This document shows positions 24,301 to 39,504 of a stretch of 64,000 nt of DNA, one piece after another. Source of the stretch: the human T2T-CHM13v2.0 reference genome, Homo sapiens. The notes under the pieces were generated by a model. The model saw nothing but the letters and a program-made list of their open reading frames with translations, had not been told where the DNA came from and searched no databases. Each line of letters starts with the position of its first letter. The stretch's first letter is position 1. The stretch lies in assembly GCF_009914755.1 (NCBI RefSeq), contig NC_060928.1; one strand, 5' to 3'. The translations under genes and the position numbers were made by a program.

Positions 24301-26789
24301 GTGTATTTATAAAGGGTTTTTCTGTAGATGTCAATGGTGCTGCTGCCATTTTCAAAAATTATTATTTAAAGATTATGTATTTGTGAACATTGTTAATTGA
24401 GAAGATAGACTTTCTCACTTGGGGATTGATTGCTCTGTTTAATAATGATAAGTATATGGAAACAAGAATAATGAAGTGAGACCTACTCACCTCATTAAAT
24501 TTCTGTAAAATATTAGTTTAAAAACCGATGATTATAAGAATTTTTATTCATATAAAGAGAGAATGATTATCCATGCATATATTTCTGTAGACATGAAGAA
24601 AGATAATGGAAGGTGGATGAGGATATGTACAATTGCCTACATTTTATTGTTTTTCTATGATAAAGAATGTATTTTTATTAATTCCCTGTTTACTAGTATT
24701 TACATTTGGTTAAAAATACTTCCTTAAATGCATAGATACACTGCTTACTGCTACAACTGTCTTAGAATTTTGACTTTTTATTCATTTTTTGTCATTTTCT
24801 CTTCTTTTGCTGTTTGGAAAATTCTTGCAGAAGCTTGAAATAAATGTTGATCTGTTTTCAAGTTTAAGGGACTTATTTTTCTACTGTTCAATTTCTGTAT
24901 TCCTTTTGTTTCACTGCCTGTGTTTTTGTTAAAAAGAACATGCAATGGCTTGGACAATGTATGGGTGATTGTTAGAAATCTAAGTCAATTCACGTATTTC
25001 ATTCCAAGCTATGTATTTATTTGATGATTTCTTTAGAAACCGTAGGCCTGGTTTGATGGAGAAGAAAGAGCAAAATAATAACTACATAGGGATATGAGTA
25101 TAGGTTGAGTTACTTTGGCTTTTAAAACTGAGAACATAGTTTAAAAATAGGTTTTTATATTTCTGGTCAAATGAAAGAATGAATTATTTTGTCTCCTTTC
25201 TCAGAGATCAACAAAAGTGCTTTTCAGATCTATTTGTTATTTAATTTCACCTAAGGAATGTGTTTTTCTCTAAATAAAACAGTTTTTACTTGTCAAGAAG
25301 AAAACAATAGATTTTTGAACATTGAAAGACACTCCAGTCTGAGTTAAAAATGTTTTTATGCTAGGTGAAAGTTTTAAAGCAAACCAATAAAAAAAAAACT
25401 TTTCAGATTACTTATAGTTGAAAGAATAAACACCACTTCAAAGATGGCTGTGTATAATGAAACTTTATTGGAGACACTTCTCAATTATGAGTGTTAGGTG
25501 TCCTTCAATGATTCAAATATCCCAGTCATATCTAAGACAGGATCTTGATCAGATCTCAATCTTAAAAGAACACAAATAATCACAATCACAGTGCTATGTT
25601 GATACCACAATGCCCTTTTTATATTCCCTTTATCATTTACTGAGATGTAACTTTCTAGTAATATAAAATATGATTCATAGATGTAAACACTTTTTAGCAA
25701 ACCAAATAATTGTTTATCTGTTTGTTAACTGTTATAGCATCAGTTACTTAAAATAATGCACCCCATAGGGAAAATAAGACAATTTTGAGGTATTTAGACA
25801 GATTTACTAATATTGCCTGTGTCTTTAAATAATCTAATAAGAAAATAGTTTTTAATTTCCCTTCAGATATGAAGAGAAAGGTTGTTGCGCTTTTCCTATA
25901 GTGGGTTGAGAGATGGAGGGGAAGGTACATTGTGCATGGGGAGAAAGCATACATTTCAGTGATTCATACAAAGAAAACTCGTCGATAATACTTTTAATGA
26001 AACTCATGTTCAGCTGAATAACAGTAGCAATGAAGTGAACTCAGCCTTTCTTTAACTTCGTCAGCTCAATGAGGTGTTAACATTATGGTCAATGGGAGCA
26101 TAGCCATATGAAATGCAGGCAATGGGTTTCTTTAGTTCTGCTTTTTAAAATAGAAACATTCAGCAACGCATTTACACGTAAAGCCTTTCAATGTCAAATT
26201 TTAATTTAATGAAATCAGCACTTTTCTGCATTCACAGAATGCAATGTAATTGCCTTGTAGGAAGAAGGTGAGAAGATAGTTCCAACTCCAGAAACAAGCA
26301 TTTATGACTTTATATGGAAACATATTGCTCCCTTTTCTCCCTTGCATCAGGCTTTGTAAAATTTACTTTTTATTTCACTTCTAATCTGAGACAATTTAGC
26401 CACAAATGATTTCAAAAATGGTTAAAATAAACATAGTTTCCCTTTTCTTAACTTTTGTTTTCTATAATGATATATCAAAAAGAAACATTAAACAATGAAA
26501 CAATAGACATAATAAAAGTCTTGCTTGGTAGAGTCAGTATAATCATCTCAACACTTACATTAGATAGCAGTAATAATTCAAACTAAAATTAATTCGCTTT
26601 AGAATAAAAACGTTATTTTTTATACTAATGAAACCGGAGCCTGATACACTAAATCAGATTCAGTAAAGCATTTAAATATTTCATCTATAAATGCACAGCG
26701 AGCACTAACTGCAAATTATCAAAATGTTTTTTAATGTATAGATTCCTGGTCAACATGTACACAATTAAACTTAAAATCTTTCTTCACAA

Positions 26790-27685
26790 CTTCCTCATTT
26801 TCATATAATTACATTTATAACCAATAATGCTATTATTCAATCTAGTAAACCAAAAATTCGGAAGACCACGAGACCGTGCTCTCTTCTCCTACTTTATCTC
26901 ATGGGTCACTGAATCCTATTGATTTTCCTACTTTAGTATCTAAAAATAACAACCCCTGCTTAATCGTTAATGACTTAAGACAGATTCTCATAATCTCCCA
27001 TGTGAACTAAAGTAAGCTCCACTCTGACCCCTGTGTCTGTAGGTCTTACATCCTTTTACTCTGTCTTCAACAATGTAGCCACAGACATTGTTTTAAAATT
27101 TAAATACAACCAGGTTTCTCCTATTTTTGTTGTTGTTTGTTTAATCTTCTCAGTGGTCTCACTACTTACAAATAAAATCTAAGTTTATTAGAATATCATA
27201 AGATATACTCTACAATTTCTCCTTGGCCTAATTTGTCTGTGTTACATAAATGTACCCTACATTTCAATCAGGACTAAAACTCTGCAGTTCCCTTAACTGT
27301 CTAATATATTTCTAGTTCAGCACATGCTGTTCTGGCTCCTGAAATACTCTTCTTTCCTCACCAACCTCTCAATTTCACTCTACCCCCATCTGGAAAAATC
27401 CTACTCCTCTTTTATGATATATATAAAACAACCTTTCTTTAAGCATGTACCTTATGCATTCAAATTGATGACTTGCTGACTTGTGTCAATGTTCTATTTT
27501 GGAAATACTTGCAAAATTGCGCTTATGATCTTGTATTCCAATGATTTACTTACATCACTATCTCCATCCCATGACTGTGTGCCCTGGAGAGCAAACTGTA
27601 TTCCATATTTATTTTTTTTATCTCTAGCACTTTCCACAGTGTCTGACACATACTATGACTCAACAAATGTTTGCTGATTTAATTG
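26790..27685 (+). mobile_element. L2a 3' region
   Basis: Colinear L2 motifs ending TCTCTAGCACTTTCCACAGTGTCTGACACATACTATGACTCAACAAATGTTTGCTGA. Confidence 0.75.
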
Positions 27686-28051
27686 GCATAAAATGAATTT
27701 AAAAAAAAAGTGTACTCATCTAAGGCTCTACTACTCACACAAAATTTTTGTGAGGCTGTGAATCATACCCAGAAAGTATACAAGCTTTGAGATATGTGTA
27801 ATCTAGTTAATGCAACTAATACTACTAACTAAAAAGAGCTTATAGAGGTTGTAAATAGAATATTAAGAGATTGAAATTTCATCATATAATGAAACAAAAT
27901 TGATGAAGAGAATCAGTTTATATTTCATTTTCCATTTGTTATTTTGAAGACTCAAATTCTCAACCTTAGTTTCCATTTTGTTAAAGGTATAATGGTATTT
28001 CCCATCCTCATAAGAATCATGGCTTGTTTACTGAGTCAGTTTTAGAAAGTA

Positions 28052-28542
28052 AAGTAGTAACCCCCTTATCCATGGGGGTTATGTTTGAAGTTACACAGCA
28101 GATGCCTGAAGCTGTGGATAGTACCCAACCCTATATATGCTATTTTTTTTTGTATATGTGCATACCTCTGATAATTTTTTACTTATAAATTAGGCAGAGA
28201 AAGAGATCAATAACAACAATAATAAATGGGAACAATTAAATAAAATATAGGTTATTTGAACGCAAATACTGTGCTGATACCCTGATGGGTGATCTGGTAG
28301 TCAAAGCAGCTGCTAAGTAACTAACACAGACAGCGTGGATCCGTTGGACAAATGGATGATTCACATCCAGGGTGGTACAAAGAGGACAGTGCAAGATTTC
28401 ATCACGCCTCTCAGAATAGAAATTTAAAACTTATGAATTGGTTACTTCTGGAATTTTCCATTCATTATTTTCAGATCACAGTTCGCCACCGGTGGCTGAA
28501 GCTTTAGAAAGCAAAGTCATGCCTGGATAAGGGAGACTCCTG
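28052..28542 (-). mobile_element. MER44 (Tigger7-family) DNA transposon
   Basis: TIRs AGTAGTAACCCCCTTATCC / GGATAAGGGAGACTCCTG with TA on both sides. Internal TTTAAAACTTATGAATTG..TTCTGGAATTTTCCA. Confidence 0.88.
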
Positions 28543-29316
28543 TACTTTGAAGCGAAGAGTGATAATACGTTGTTACATGAAGAAAAGTGATGATTGTGTT
28601 AATGTGGGGTCCAGCCTGCTTCTGATGCTTCATTTCTGCTTAAGTTCTTCCATACACTAGAGGAAACTTATAAAGCATCACAACTCACAGGAGCTGATGG
28701 AACAGATCAGGAATATAATACATTATACTGAAAAATAATTTACATTGAAATAAAATTGTGGAAGGTGGGAGGAACAGTGCAACTTGCCTCTGTGATGTTG
28801 TAAATTTAATATAAATAGAAATCTTTTAAATTATATTTTGTGAAAGATTTTGTTTCTTTCCAAGCCACACAGTCTCTAATGTAAGACATTCTAACTTTAA
28901 AAAGTCCTCCTCAAGACAGTCATGTATTACTTTAATAGGAGCTTCAAATTTCTTCCTATTATTTTGTGTATACAACATTTTCAAATCATGTGATTTTTAC
29001 CTATATATGTCTGAGTCTGTATTTATATGAATACACCTCAGTATAATTAGTAGTTCTTATGATAAATAAAAAAATTAAACTAAGCCTTGACTGTTTCAAA
29101 AATGAAATCATTTCAGTATTACATAAAATTTGAGTTTTCAAAAATGTTATACTATTTTCTAATTTACTAATTACAGAAATAGGTGTTCATACCTACTATA
29201 TATTAAATATATACTATTATATACATATATTAATATATAAATAAATATATCATAAAACGACCTCTCCATGTTAAGGTGTAGAATCTATAGAATGAAACAT
29301 AAATAAGGAGTTAACA

Positions 29317-29623
29317 GACCAAGCGCCGTGACTTATGCCTATAATCCCAGTATTTTAGGAGGTCGAGGCAGATGGATCACTTGAGGGCAGGAGTCCAAGA
29401 CCAGCCAGGCCAATATGGCAAAACTTTGTTTCTACAAAAAATACAAAAAAAAAAAAAAATAGCCAGATGTGGTGGCGCACCTGTAGTCCCAGCTATTCAG
29501 GTGGCTGAGGCACGAGAATTGCTCAAACCCAGGAGGTGGAGGTTGAATTAAGCCGAGATTGCACTGGTGCACTTCAGCCTGGGTGACAGAGTAAGACTCT
29601 GTCTCCCAAAAAAATAAAAAAAA
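29317..29623 (+). mobile_element. Old Alu (AluSz/AluJ), full length
   Basis: Dimeric Alu with GATCACTTGAG. TSD AAG..GTTAACA on both sides. Confidence 0.92.
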
Positions 29624-30214
29624 GAAGATGTTAACAATAGTAAACATATTAAATATTTAAAAAAAAATTAGTCATGTGTTATGGACACATAGACAACAAA
29701 AGGTTTAAGCAGATGGCCAAGAAGATGGTCTTAATACTGGAAGGCAAGAGTGGTGGAAGAAACACAGTTAAAGACGCAGAGATAGAACTTTACTAATCAA
29801 CAAGACCAAGTCACTGGAATACGACATAATGGACAGTGACTTTGAAGGGATGGCAAATTGACTGGATCATAAAAGATACTACTGTGATGCTAGAACTGTT
29901 TTCCTGCTTAAAACAGAAATATACTCTATTGTGATTTAGCAAGCTTTCCTGAGAGGCTTCTGAACTAGTCCCCTGTGTTTTCTGTATTGCTAGTGTATCT
30001 TAAAAATGTCTATAGTGTGCAAAAAAACACATGTACAACTTTTGGAAATGATAAAAATGCATTTCACACTGCGCGAAGATAGGTGATACATCTATAGATT
30101 TTCTTATGACAGAATTTTCTGCAAATGATCAGTCTTGAAAGTGACATTATAACTTTAAAAGTAGCATAACATTTCTTAAAAATATGGAACATGTTTAATT
30201 GAAAAATTGTACAT

Positions 30215-30890
30215 CAGTTTCATTCAGATATACTGACACATGATACAATGCAAGAATTCTAAGTTTACAGTTTGATGTGTTTTTACAAATGTAAAAAGCC
30301 ATGTGGCCACCATCATAATTAAGATATGAAACATTCATCACCTAAGAAAGTTTTCTCACACTTGTTTAGAGAAGACTTCCACACACCTGATGCTAGTAAA
30401 CTATTTCTATTTCTATCACATTACATCAAATTTTTCTGTCCTAGAATTTCACATAAATAGAATCATAATATGTACCCCTTTTTTGCTTGGCTTCACCAAC
30501 TCAAGAAAATGTGATTCAGTCGTATTATTTTATGTGTTACTACTTTATGCTTTTGTATTGCTGAGTAGTATTTCATGTATTAATATTTATTGTATGATAC
30601 AGTCATCTGTTGATAGATACTAGTTGTGTTTCCAGTTATAGTTTATTATAAATAATCTATTAGGATTGACATTAAACTGTTTATGTAAGCATAATCTTTC
30701 ATTTGCCTTAGATAAATATTTAGACGTAAAGTTGCATGGTTAGTAATAAAAGCCTGCCAAACTGCTTATTATACCAAAATAGTAGTTGAAACATTTTATA
30801 TTCTCGCCAGTAATGTGTAAGAGTTCCAATTCCTTCTTTTCCTTTCAACATTTGGTAATGTTGTTCTTTTTAATTTTACTAGTCCGTAAT
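30215..30890 (-). mobile_element. L1ME-type 3' end
   Basis: TAAGTTTACAGTTTGATG..CCACCATCATAATTAAGATATGAAACATT..TGTCCTAGAATTTCACATAAATAGAATCATA. Confidence 0.78.
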
Positions 30891-31330
30891 GATATATATT
30901 GTGAATATTTTCTTGCAGTCTGTGATACAACTTTTTACTTTTTTACTATGTCTTTAGTATCCATAAGGTATTTCTTTCCTGATATTGCTTATTTGTAACT
31001 TTTTGCCTTTTTTTGCCCATTCTTTTAAGTCAAACTTTTAAGTCAAACTTTTGCCCATTCTTTTAAGTCAAACTACAAAAATAACTTGAGTGTTTCTCTC
31101 AAACGTAATGCATAGTTAGTAAAATTATAGATATGAGATTACTTATAGAAAATGTGCCCTTTAAAAATTACAGTTTAAACATTTCAAAGATCTTCGGTAC
31201 AAAAGGCTGCGTCTAACTAGAAATGTATCAATTTTAATAATATTTTAAATAATCTATTATATTTCATTAATTTTCTCTACTTTATTCATATTCAGCTTAT
31301 ACCTATACTATGTTTTTTCCTTTTACATGA

Positions 31331-31643
<313 letters not shown>

Positions 31644-32947
31644 TGATTTGCTTTCTGTATGTTGCCTTTGTATGGTTAAGGCTTAGATTATTAAATTGTA
31701 CATTTTTCTTCTTTACTAATGTAAGCATTTAATTTTGTATAGCTTTATATACATAAACATAAAGCAGTGGAAGCACTACTTTAGATTTGTCCAATAACTT
31801 TTGATAAGTTGTTTACTATCATTCAATTCAAAACATTTTATAATTTTTGTTTTGATTATTTATATGTATTACTTAATCGTTTTGTCAATATTTTAGGTTA
31901 TTTAACCCTTTACAGATCAGATAATACAATTTAAGTTGTGAATTAATTTAAATTCAGTGATTTTAAGTTTTTTGAACTTGAGGTATTCTTACAGTCTAAT
32001 CTATGGTCTAAAGAGATTAATATTTCATATATACTTTTAAAATCTTTCTACTTGAGATAGGAGTTAAAAATTTCAATTTTGATATGTTCAGATTGACATT
32101 GTGGATAAGTCTGTGTCTCATTTCAGTTTAATCAGTAATTGCGTTACATGTTTTAAAATTTTTAAAGGTTGTACACATATTTTGGTGTATTTAATCTTAT
32201 GGATGAATCATCACTTTTATAATTGTAAATATACCCCTTTAGAAACATGTTTTGGCCTGAAAAATACATTTTCTCATATTAATAGAGCCCTTTCTTTCTT
32301 CTTAGGATAAATTTTAAAATTGTATGCGTTTTTCATTCTTTCACTTTTTACCTGGCTATGTCTTCTTATTTAATGAAAGCTTCCTCCAGGAAGTGAATAG
32401 TTAGGTCTTGCATTTTGTCTGATTTGACAATTTGCCTTTTATCCAAAATGTTTAGACCATTTAGATTTAATTATCTGTAAATTTGAGTTCAATTCCAAAA
32501 TCTTGCTAAATGTTTTCTATTTGCCCTATCTGTTTTTGATACCTTTTATTCTTTTTCTAACATCTTTTAGATTGAGTAATTTTAGCATTCCATTATGGAG
32601 CCAGATTAGTTTATTTTTATCCATCTTTGATTTTTTATTCTAATTCTCTCCAAAGGATCTGCAAGATGCATCTTTAACTTAAGAGAGTCTATTTTAATAT
32701 TGCTATACTATATAAAAGTATAAAACAGAAATGTTATTCTAGTTTAATTTTCTTCTCCTGTCTGCCACTTCTACCTATGTCATAAATCAGGTAACATGTT
32801 ATTATTATTAACTTTTTAAAATAATTATGACTTGAAAATCACAAAAATTATAAAAATGTCTTTTATATCTTCTGCTATATACGTACCATATTTATCACCC
32901 CTTATTCCTTTATGTATATTCAGTTTTCTTCTCATGTTTTCCACTAA

Positions 32948-33287
<340 letters not shown>

Positions 33288-34196
33288 ACATTATTTCTTA
33301 TAGTGAAAATTGGAAGTTATAAGTTATGTCCACTTTTTCACAAAAATATTTTTATTTTACCTGATTTTTCAAAGATAATTTGAATGGCTACAGACTTACA
33401 GATTAACTCTGTGTGTGTGTGTGTCTGTGTTTCTGCACACAAATAACAAATTATTTGTTAAAGTGCAGTAGACATATAATGTCTACTGTTTTGCATTATT
33501 TCTGAGTAAAAGTCTGTAGATTTTCTTATCTTTTATCTCCAGGATGATATAAATTCAAAGTGCTTTTAAGATATTCTCTATCACTGGCTTTCCATAATTC
33601 AAACATGTCTTGTCTTGTTTCAGTTTCAATTAATTCCTTGGGTTTTTAGTATATTCTTTTCATTAACTTTGTAAAAAGAAATACCTTTATTTAAGTTTTT
33701 TTTTTTTTCCCCTGCATTCCTCTTTCCTCTGCTTCTGGGTCTCTAATTATACAGTTACTCCAATTACTGTTGGCTATTTTTCCCTATGTGATTGAGGATC
33801 TCTCGTTTTATCACGTTACATTTTTTTCTTTGGGCCTCAGTTTAGATGTTTTTATTCCTATATTCTCAACTTCATTTATCATATGCATTATTTATTCTCC
33901 TTTGGTGCTGTAAAGATTTTCTTGGTTCAGGTATTTGAAAGAACCCACTAGCCCTACAAAACATACTCACACAAGGCATATAATTAAAAGTAAAAGATAT
34001 GGTACAAAAGAAGAGAGTACAAAAAAGTATTGAAGAATTAAGATATATCAACATGCAAGCACCCCAGAGGTTGGGCTTAGACTGTGGATCCAGCTTAAAG
34101 CACCAAGATCTGCTACAGGGACCTTGGCTTTGGGAGATCTCAAAAGAGAAGCTGTCAGAATATTTATGTATGTCCCCTTGGGCACCGAATGAAGCC

Positions 34197-34780
34197 TGTC
34201 CTGATTAAATTTATTAATTATGCTTTGTATATTCTAAATTTTATAATGCTTTGACATTTTGGGAAATCTACCTGATCAAGGAGAAACTACCACTCTCAGA
34301 ACGAGCAATTCCATAAGATAATAAACAATTCACCTTTCAACATGCCTTTTATATGCAAATCAACTAACCCCAAGTCTGTATCTCCAACTACCTCATTTAT
34401 TTAACTCTCACATGCCAGTCCAGTATTTCCCCAGCCCTAAGTTAACCCAGGGCTAGGTACCAGACCTAGATATAAGAGATAACCCTTACAGCCAAGAGCC
34501 CACTAACATTACTCAGACTTGCCAACCCTAAAGAGGTTTCTATGACCTGCCTCCTTTATGTGGAAAACTCTGTAAAGGCTCTGGGTCTTGCTTTCCCTTT
34601 GCTCCTTCTGCCTGCTGACCAAACCTGGTGCTTCCCCAAGTGGCCCTCAATAGTGTGGCATAGTCCAACCTCTTGGAAACTACAAGTATTGTATTTTTTT
34701 TTCTTTCAATGGCATTGACCTCTTTGTGTCATGAATCAGTCATCTCCACCGATTAAAACCCTGTGGGTACAATTGGAACA
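34197..34780 (+). mobile_element. MER74-family ERVL solo LTR
   Basis: TG...CA ends. ATGCTTTGACAT, GCAATTCCATAAGATAATAAACAA, ATATGCAAA and CCAGGGCTAGGTACCAGAC motifs. Confidence 0.8.
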
Positions 34781-36000
34781 TAGGTCAGTTGCAAATTATT
34801 GGTAAAGAAGGTGACCTCCAGGGTTGTCAGGAGACTGTGAAAGATTAAAGAGTATATTATAAATTTTATTGTCATTACTTTGGACAGGAGTCAGTAATCA
34901 AACATCTAAGCATGCCCAGAGATAATAATAAAGTTTTCCTATGCAGATAAACAAAAGTATGTACACAATTTAAGCTCTGACACTTGGTCAAGACATTTTT
35001 TACTACAATTCTCATGATTATTTCTTTTCTAGTATGTTTTGTACACCTTATAGAACATAAAAAGCAAAAGGTTACTGACCAAAATAATAATCACTTGAGT
35101 TATCAATTGAAGTGTATTTATTGCTTTAAGGAAATGTTTTAGTTTACCAGATATTTTAGTTGTTTATAATTATATACAAGCTTGACAATTCTTTTACTTC
35201 CCACTACCATTGACATCTGAAATTTATTAAAAAAAAAACAATAGACTAATTTAATGTAACTATTAATTGTTAATTAAATCTAGTTCCTCCACTGGGCAAT
35301 CAGCATCCACTGAAAGAATTTGATGTGGATATTTTAATTATTTATTGACAATTTCTTAGTAATATTGATCATCATTATCAGATTGTCATTAGATTTGCCA
35401 AAATCAGTCATATATATACTACCAGTTACACTACTATTACATGAAATGGCATAAGTTAGACTAAGCGCATTACAAACTAAGCGAAAATGGGAATAGAAAT
35501 TTCTGTGTCGTCTTTTCTGCCATTTGAACCTGCTTGCTTTAGGCCAACATCTTTACTTCAAACTCTCCCTGAATTTCTCATGATAATATCATATTGGAAA
35601 TCATTGTTGCTATTTTAGATAAAGGTCATACTTTGTCCCTGCATACCCATGTTGTCCATAGAGTTTCATTTCCCATTTTCTCAGAGATGACTCTCAATAA
35701 TGATAACCTGAGGAATATTTTACCATAGGAGAGACCCTTGGTTAAACGCTTACTGGAAAATATTTTTTTCTCCAGTAACTTAAAGATGCTAAAAATGTTT
35801 TCCTTAGAGAAAATGCCCTGAAATATTTTTAACTGATTTTTCATGTATTTGTTCTTTTAGTTACTAGAGAATATTGTTATTCAACTTTCTTTATCTTTTT
35901 CTTATTTTATTATTCATACTGTTACTTTACGTAAAACTATCTGCACATATTTGCTGATCATTTTTCCCAGTAAAATTTTATTTTTTCATTTTTTAACTGG

Positions 36001-36612
36001 TATTGGGGCTCATAAACCAGTACCCCCAAATATGATGCTTCAGCATGCTGAACTAAATGCCTCAAGGTATCTCTGACCTTCCCTCCAACCTCCTCATTTC
36101 TCAATCATCCATCTCTTCCAAAGCACAGGATAAAGTTGCTCTAGGAAGTTTCCTTATCTGCCTAAAGTCCTCCCCTGCCCCCACAAAAAAAAAGGAAAAC
36201 AGTTGTCTCTGGCCTCTTCCCTGAGTTTTCATTACCTTAAATCATATGGAAGAAAGAAAGATTGAAGTCTTTCTTTAATCTTTGAAGAAACTGGGCAGAC
36301 TTTTGTCATAAATCATTGTCTGTTCCATTGGCTCAACAGACTTTGTACCAGGCTATTGTATGTTCTTAAAACCCATTGAATTTATCTAAAAATTATTTAT
36401 AACACTCCTAAAATTATCTATACTCCCGAATCTCCCTTTCCACTAAGAAGGGTACATAACCATCTTCACCTTATTGCATGGTGGACCAATCACTTTGTGA
36501 GTCTTCTCATGCATGCTAATACATTTTTATGTGTTTCCTCCTATTACTCTGCCTTTTGTAAGTTTTCAGTGAGACTTCAGAGGGTGAAGGGAAGTTTCCC
36601 TTTTTCTCCACG
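36001..36612 (+). mobile_element. MER34-family ERV1 solo LTR
   Basis: TTGGGGCTCATAAACCAGTACCCCCAAATATG..CATGCTGAACT start and CTTCAGAGGGTGAAGGGAAGTTTCCC end. 4-bp TSD CTGG on both sides. Confidence 0.85.
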
Positions 36613-36759
36613 CTGGAATGTAATTTTTTTCATCTCATTTGCATTAAAGGCAAATTTCCTGAGACAATTTAATGGCTTCTAAAAAAACTCTTAATATCTT
36701 ACCATACTCATATAATACAATTTGGACATTTTACCTTTTGTGATATTATTTAGCAATAA

Positions 36760-37575
36760 AATAAAATAAATAGTATTGGATTATAACCCAAAGTATAAAG
36801 CAAATATCTATGAGTCCATACAGATGGAACCTGGTAAGCAAATAAACAAGCAAACAAATAAAATAAAGGCAGAAGAAAAAATTCTCATATGTAGAAGAAT
36901 TTCAAATAATTTTTACGGAAACTCTGCCCTCAAATTAGGGACACATAATTCTCATTCATTAAGTATGGATTCTGTGTAGTTACTTCCTTTCAAAGAGTAC
37001 AGTATGGAAAGGCCCTGGTAGGGAGAAGGGGGACAAAGTTTCAGTGAAGAAACCTGAAAAACGATCTCAGCCAGATTATCAATTTCAGTATCAAGAGTGA
37101 CAAGTCATGTTGAAAGTACCTACCTTGATATATGATAAAATTGTCCTCTGTGGTCTTTGTCTGAAAACTACACAACTCCATACTAATCATAAAGAAAATA
37201 TCAGACCAATCTTCATTGAGGGATTACGTGATAACTATTACATATTACCTGGTGAGCATTCCTCAAAACTTCAAACTCAATGAAAATCTCAGGAACTGTC
37301 ACAGGCAAAAAGGCTAAGGAGATATAAGGACTAAATGTAATGTAATATCTTGAACCCTGGAACAGAAAAAAAATGATTTGGTAATGCTAAAGAACTCTGA
37401 TCAATATGTAAATTTTATTTATTATAATGTATTAATGTTATTACATTATGTTAGTAATAGAAATGCCTAACATATGATGCTCACAATAAGGAAATTGAGT
37501 GTGGGTTATATGGTCCCTATATATATTTACATTTTCTCTCTAAATATAAAACTGTTCTAAAATTTTAAAAAATAT
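36760..37575 (+). mobile_element. L1MC3-like 3' end
   Basis: GGATTATAACCCAAAGTATAAA, ACTTCCTTTCAAAGAGTACAGTATGGAAAGG, GAAACCTGA..CTCAGCCAG. Confidence 0.8.
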
Positions 37576-37954
37576 TTTTAAATTACCACTGTATTACAGG
37601 GTCTATTTAATCACCAAAACTCTTCCTATGTAGTAGCAAATTGACTAACAATATGGTTTTATAATATATACTGTTAACTGTCTTACAGTTCTGCAATATA
37701 TTTCAACTTTCTTTTACCCTAAATAAATTGGCATAATAGAATGTCCTTTTAAGCTGAATCAATTATTTGCTCAAGTTATTTGATTATTAAGTTAATCATT
37801 TTCATAAAGTAGTATATGTATTTATTATTATTGATTTTTACTCATGCAGACTAATTAAGTAAACTTTTTGCCTAAAATATAGAATTTTACTCAGATCACT
37901 GTGTTAGTGATATTTAGAAAACAAACATAATTTTATGCTTTAAAAAGCAAAGGT

Positions 37955-38100
37955 GAGCTGTGCGCTGTGGCATGCACCAGTAGTTACAGCTATTTGAGCG
38001 GATGAGGCCAGAGGTATTCATTAAGCCTAAGAGTTTGAGGCCAGCCTGAGCAACACAGTGAGACCCTGTCCCTGCAAAAAATTAAAATAAAATAAAATAA
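37955..38100 (+). mobile_element. FLAM (free left Alu monomer)
   Basis: Single ~130-bp monomer ending GAGACCCTGTC plus (TAAAA)n tail. TSD TAAAAAG(C/G)AAAGG. Confidence 0.85.
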
Positions 38101-39504
38101 AAAGGAAAGGCTTTAAGAATCATCAAAGTGAACAGAGTAAAAGTAATGAAAAGGTCTGCTTGTATCTGTTGTTAAGCATCACACTACCATAAAGCTTGTG
38201 CTTACACCATGACTTAATTTTCTAATAAATTCTGATGCATTGACCGATTGACTATTTCAGGTGAAGGGTTCGTTGGAATAGAACATATAAGACGACCTTA
38301 ATAACACACCTGACTAGTGGAAACGGCTGTTATTTGGAGTATCGAGTGATTTCTCATTCTCTATTAAGCTAATTGCCTTCACTAGTATATGATGATCTCA
38401 GGGAAATGTTAAAGGTGGAAATTGTGGAAGCACTAAGGAATCTCATAAGGCCTAGACTCCAGAACTCACAAATTATGAGTCCCATAACATTTAGCTTATC
38501 AAAGAAAATCACAAGGCCTGCCCTCTGAATGAGAGGATTGGCAATGCTGTGTTGGAAAGTGGCATGCATATTTGTCTGGGAGAAATTTGTGTCCATTAAA
38601 CTATTTATGACACATATATACATTACTAACAGGTATATTAATATGGTATCTGGAAAGAAAGACTTCTGATGCGACAGGATTTTTTCTCAAGGTTGTCATC
38701 ATTTTGTCATCATCATCATTATAATCTCTGTTGTCTAATATGTATTCAGACTTTCCTTTTAACATGGCATTCTTACAGGCATTTTTTAATTAACTCGAGC
38801 ATAAAAAAATTTCTGCGATATTGACAGTATTCTCATCTTAAACATGTTGTAGTGTATGAGTTGCCAGAATTTTTCTATTTTAATTGATTAATTAATGCAG
38901 TTTTTACCATATACTGGAGACATGACTGAGTGAAATTTAATCTCTCTGAACTTTGGCATGTTAAAGTGATAGAATGAGATGACTGCAATAAAAATTCAAG
39001 ATTTTTTAAATTTTGAATTTATGTGGATGCATTCTTATTGATCAAGTATCACAAATCACAAATGCAAATAAAGCAACAGGTAGTCTTACTTTCATGATGC
39101 TTCCATTTATTGTTCTTATTGTTGAAAAAATATTAAAATGGTTGTTTTTATGAAATATTTCTTGTGGTTGAGTTGCACATAGGGAGAAGCTGAGCTGATA
39201 GTAGAAAAGGGTTCATGTCTATTGTTTTACATTAAAAAGAGTTTTAAAATTAAATAACCTTGTGGAAATTTAAGAAGGATATTAGTCCTATTAGGAGAAC
39301 TATGATCATTTCAAAACTGCTGTCTTTTCCACTTTCTGTCTTTATCCAGTCTTGTAAGTGTTTTAGTGTATTTATCCCAAACATATTACTTTGAATAACT
39401 TTTAAAAATACTCATAAGTGAATTATTTTTACCTAATATTTTAATGGAATTGATATTTTGAAATGCATGTTGTTGTGCTTTTATAAAGTAGTTCCAATTG
39501 GATA

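Noticed and set aside
38255-38640. Possible spliced exon after TTTCAG (also 42460-42535 before GTAAGC)
   Set aside because: Isolated splice-like signals without a convincing frame or partner exons. They cannot be supported without transcript data.
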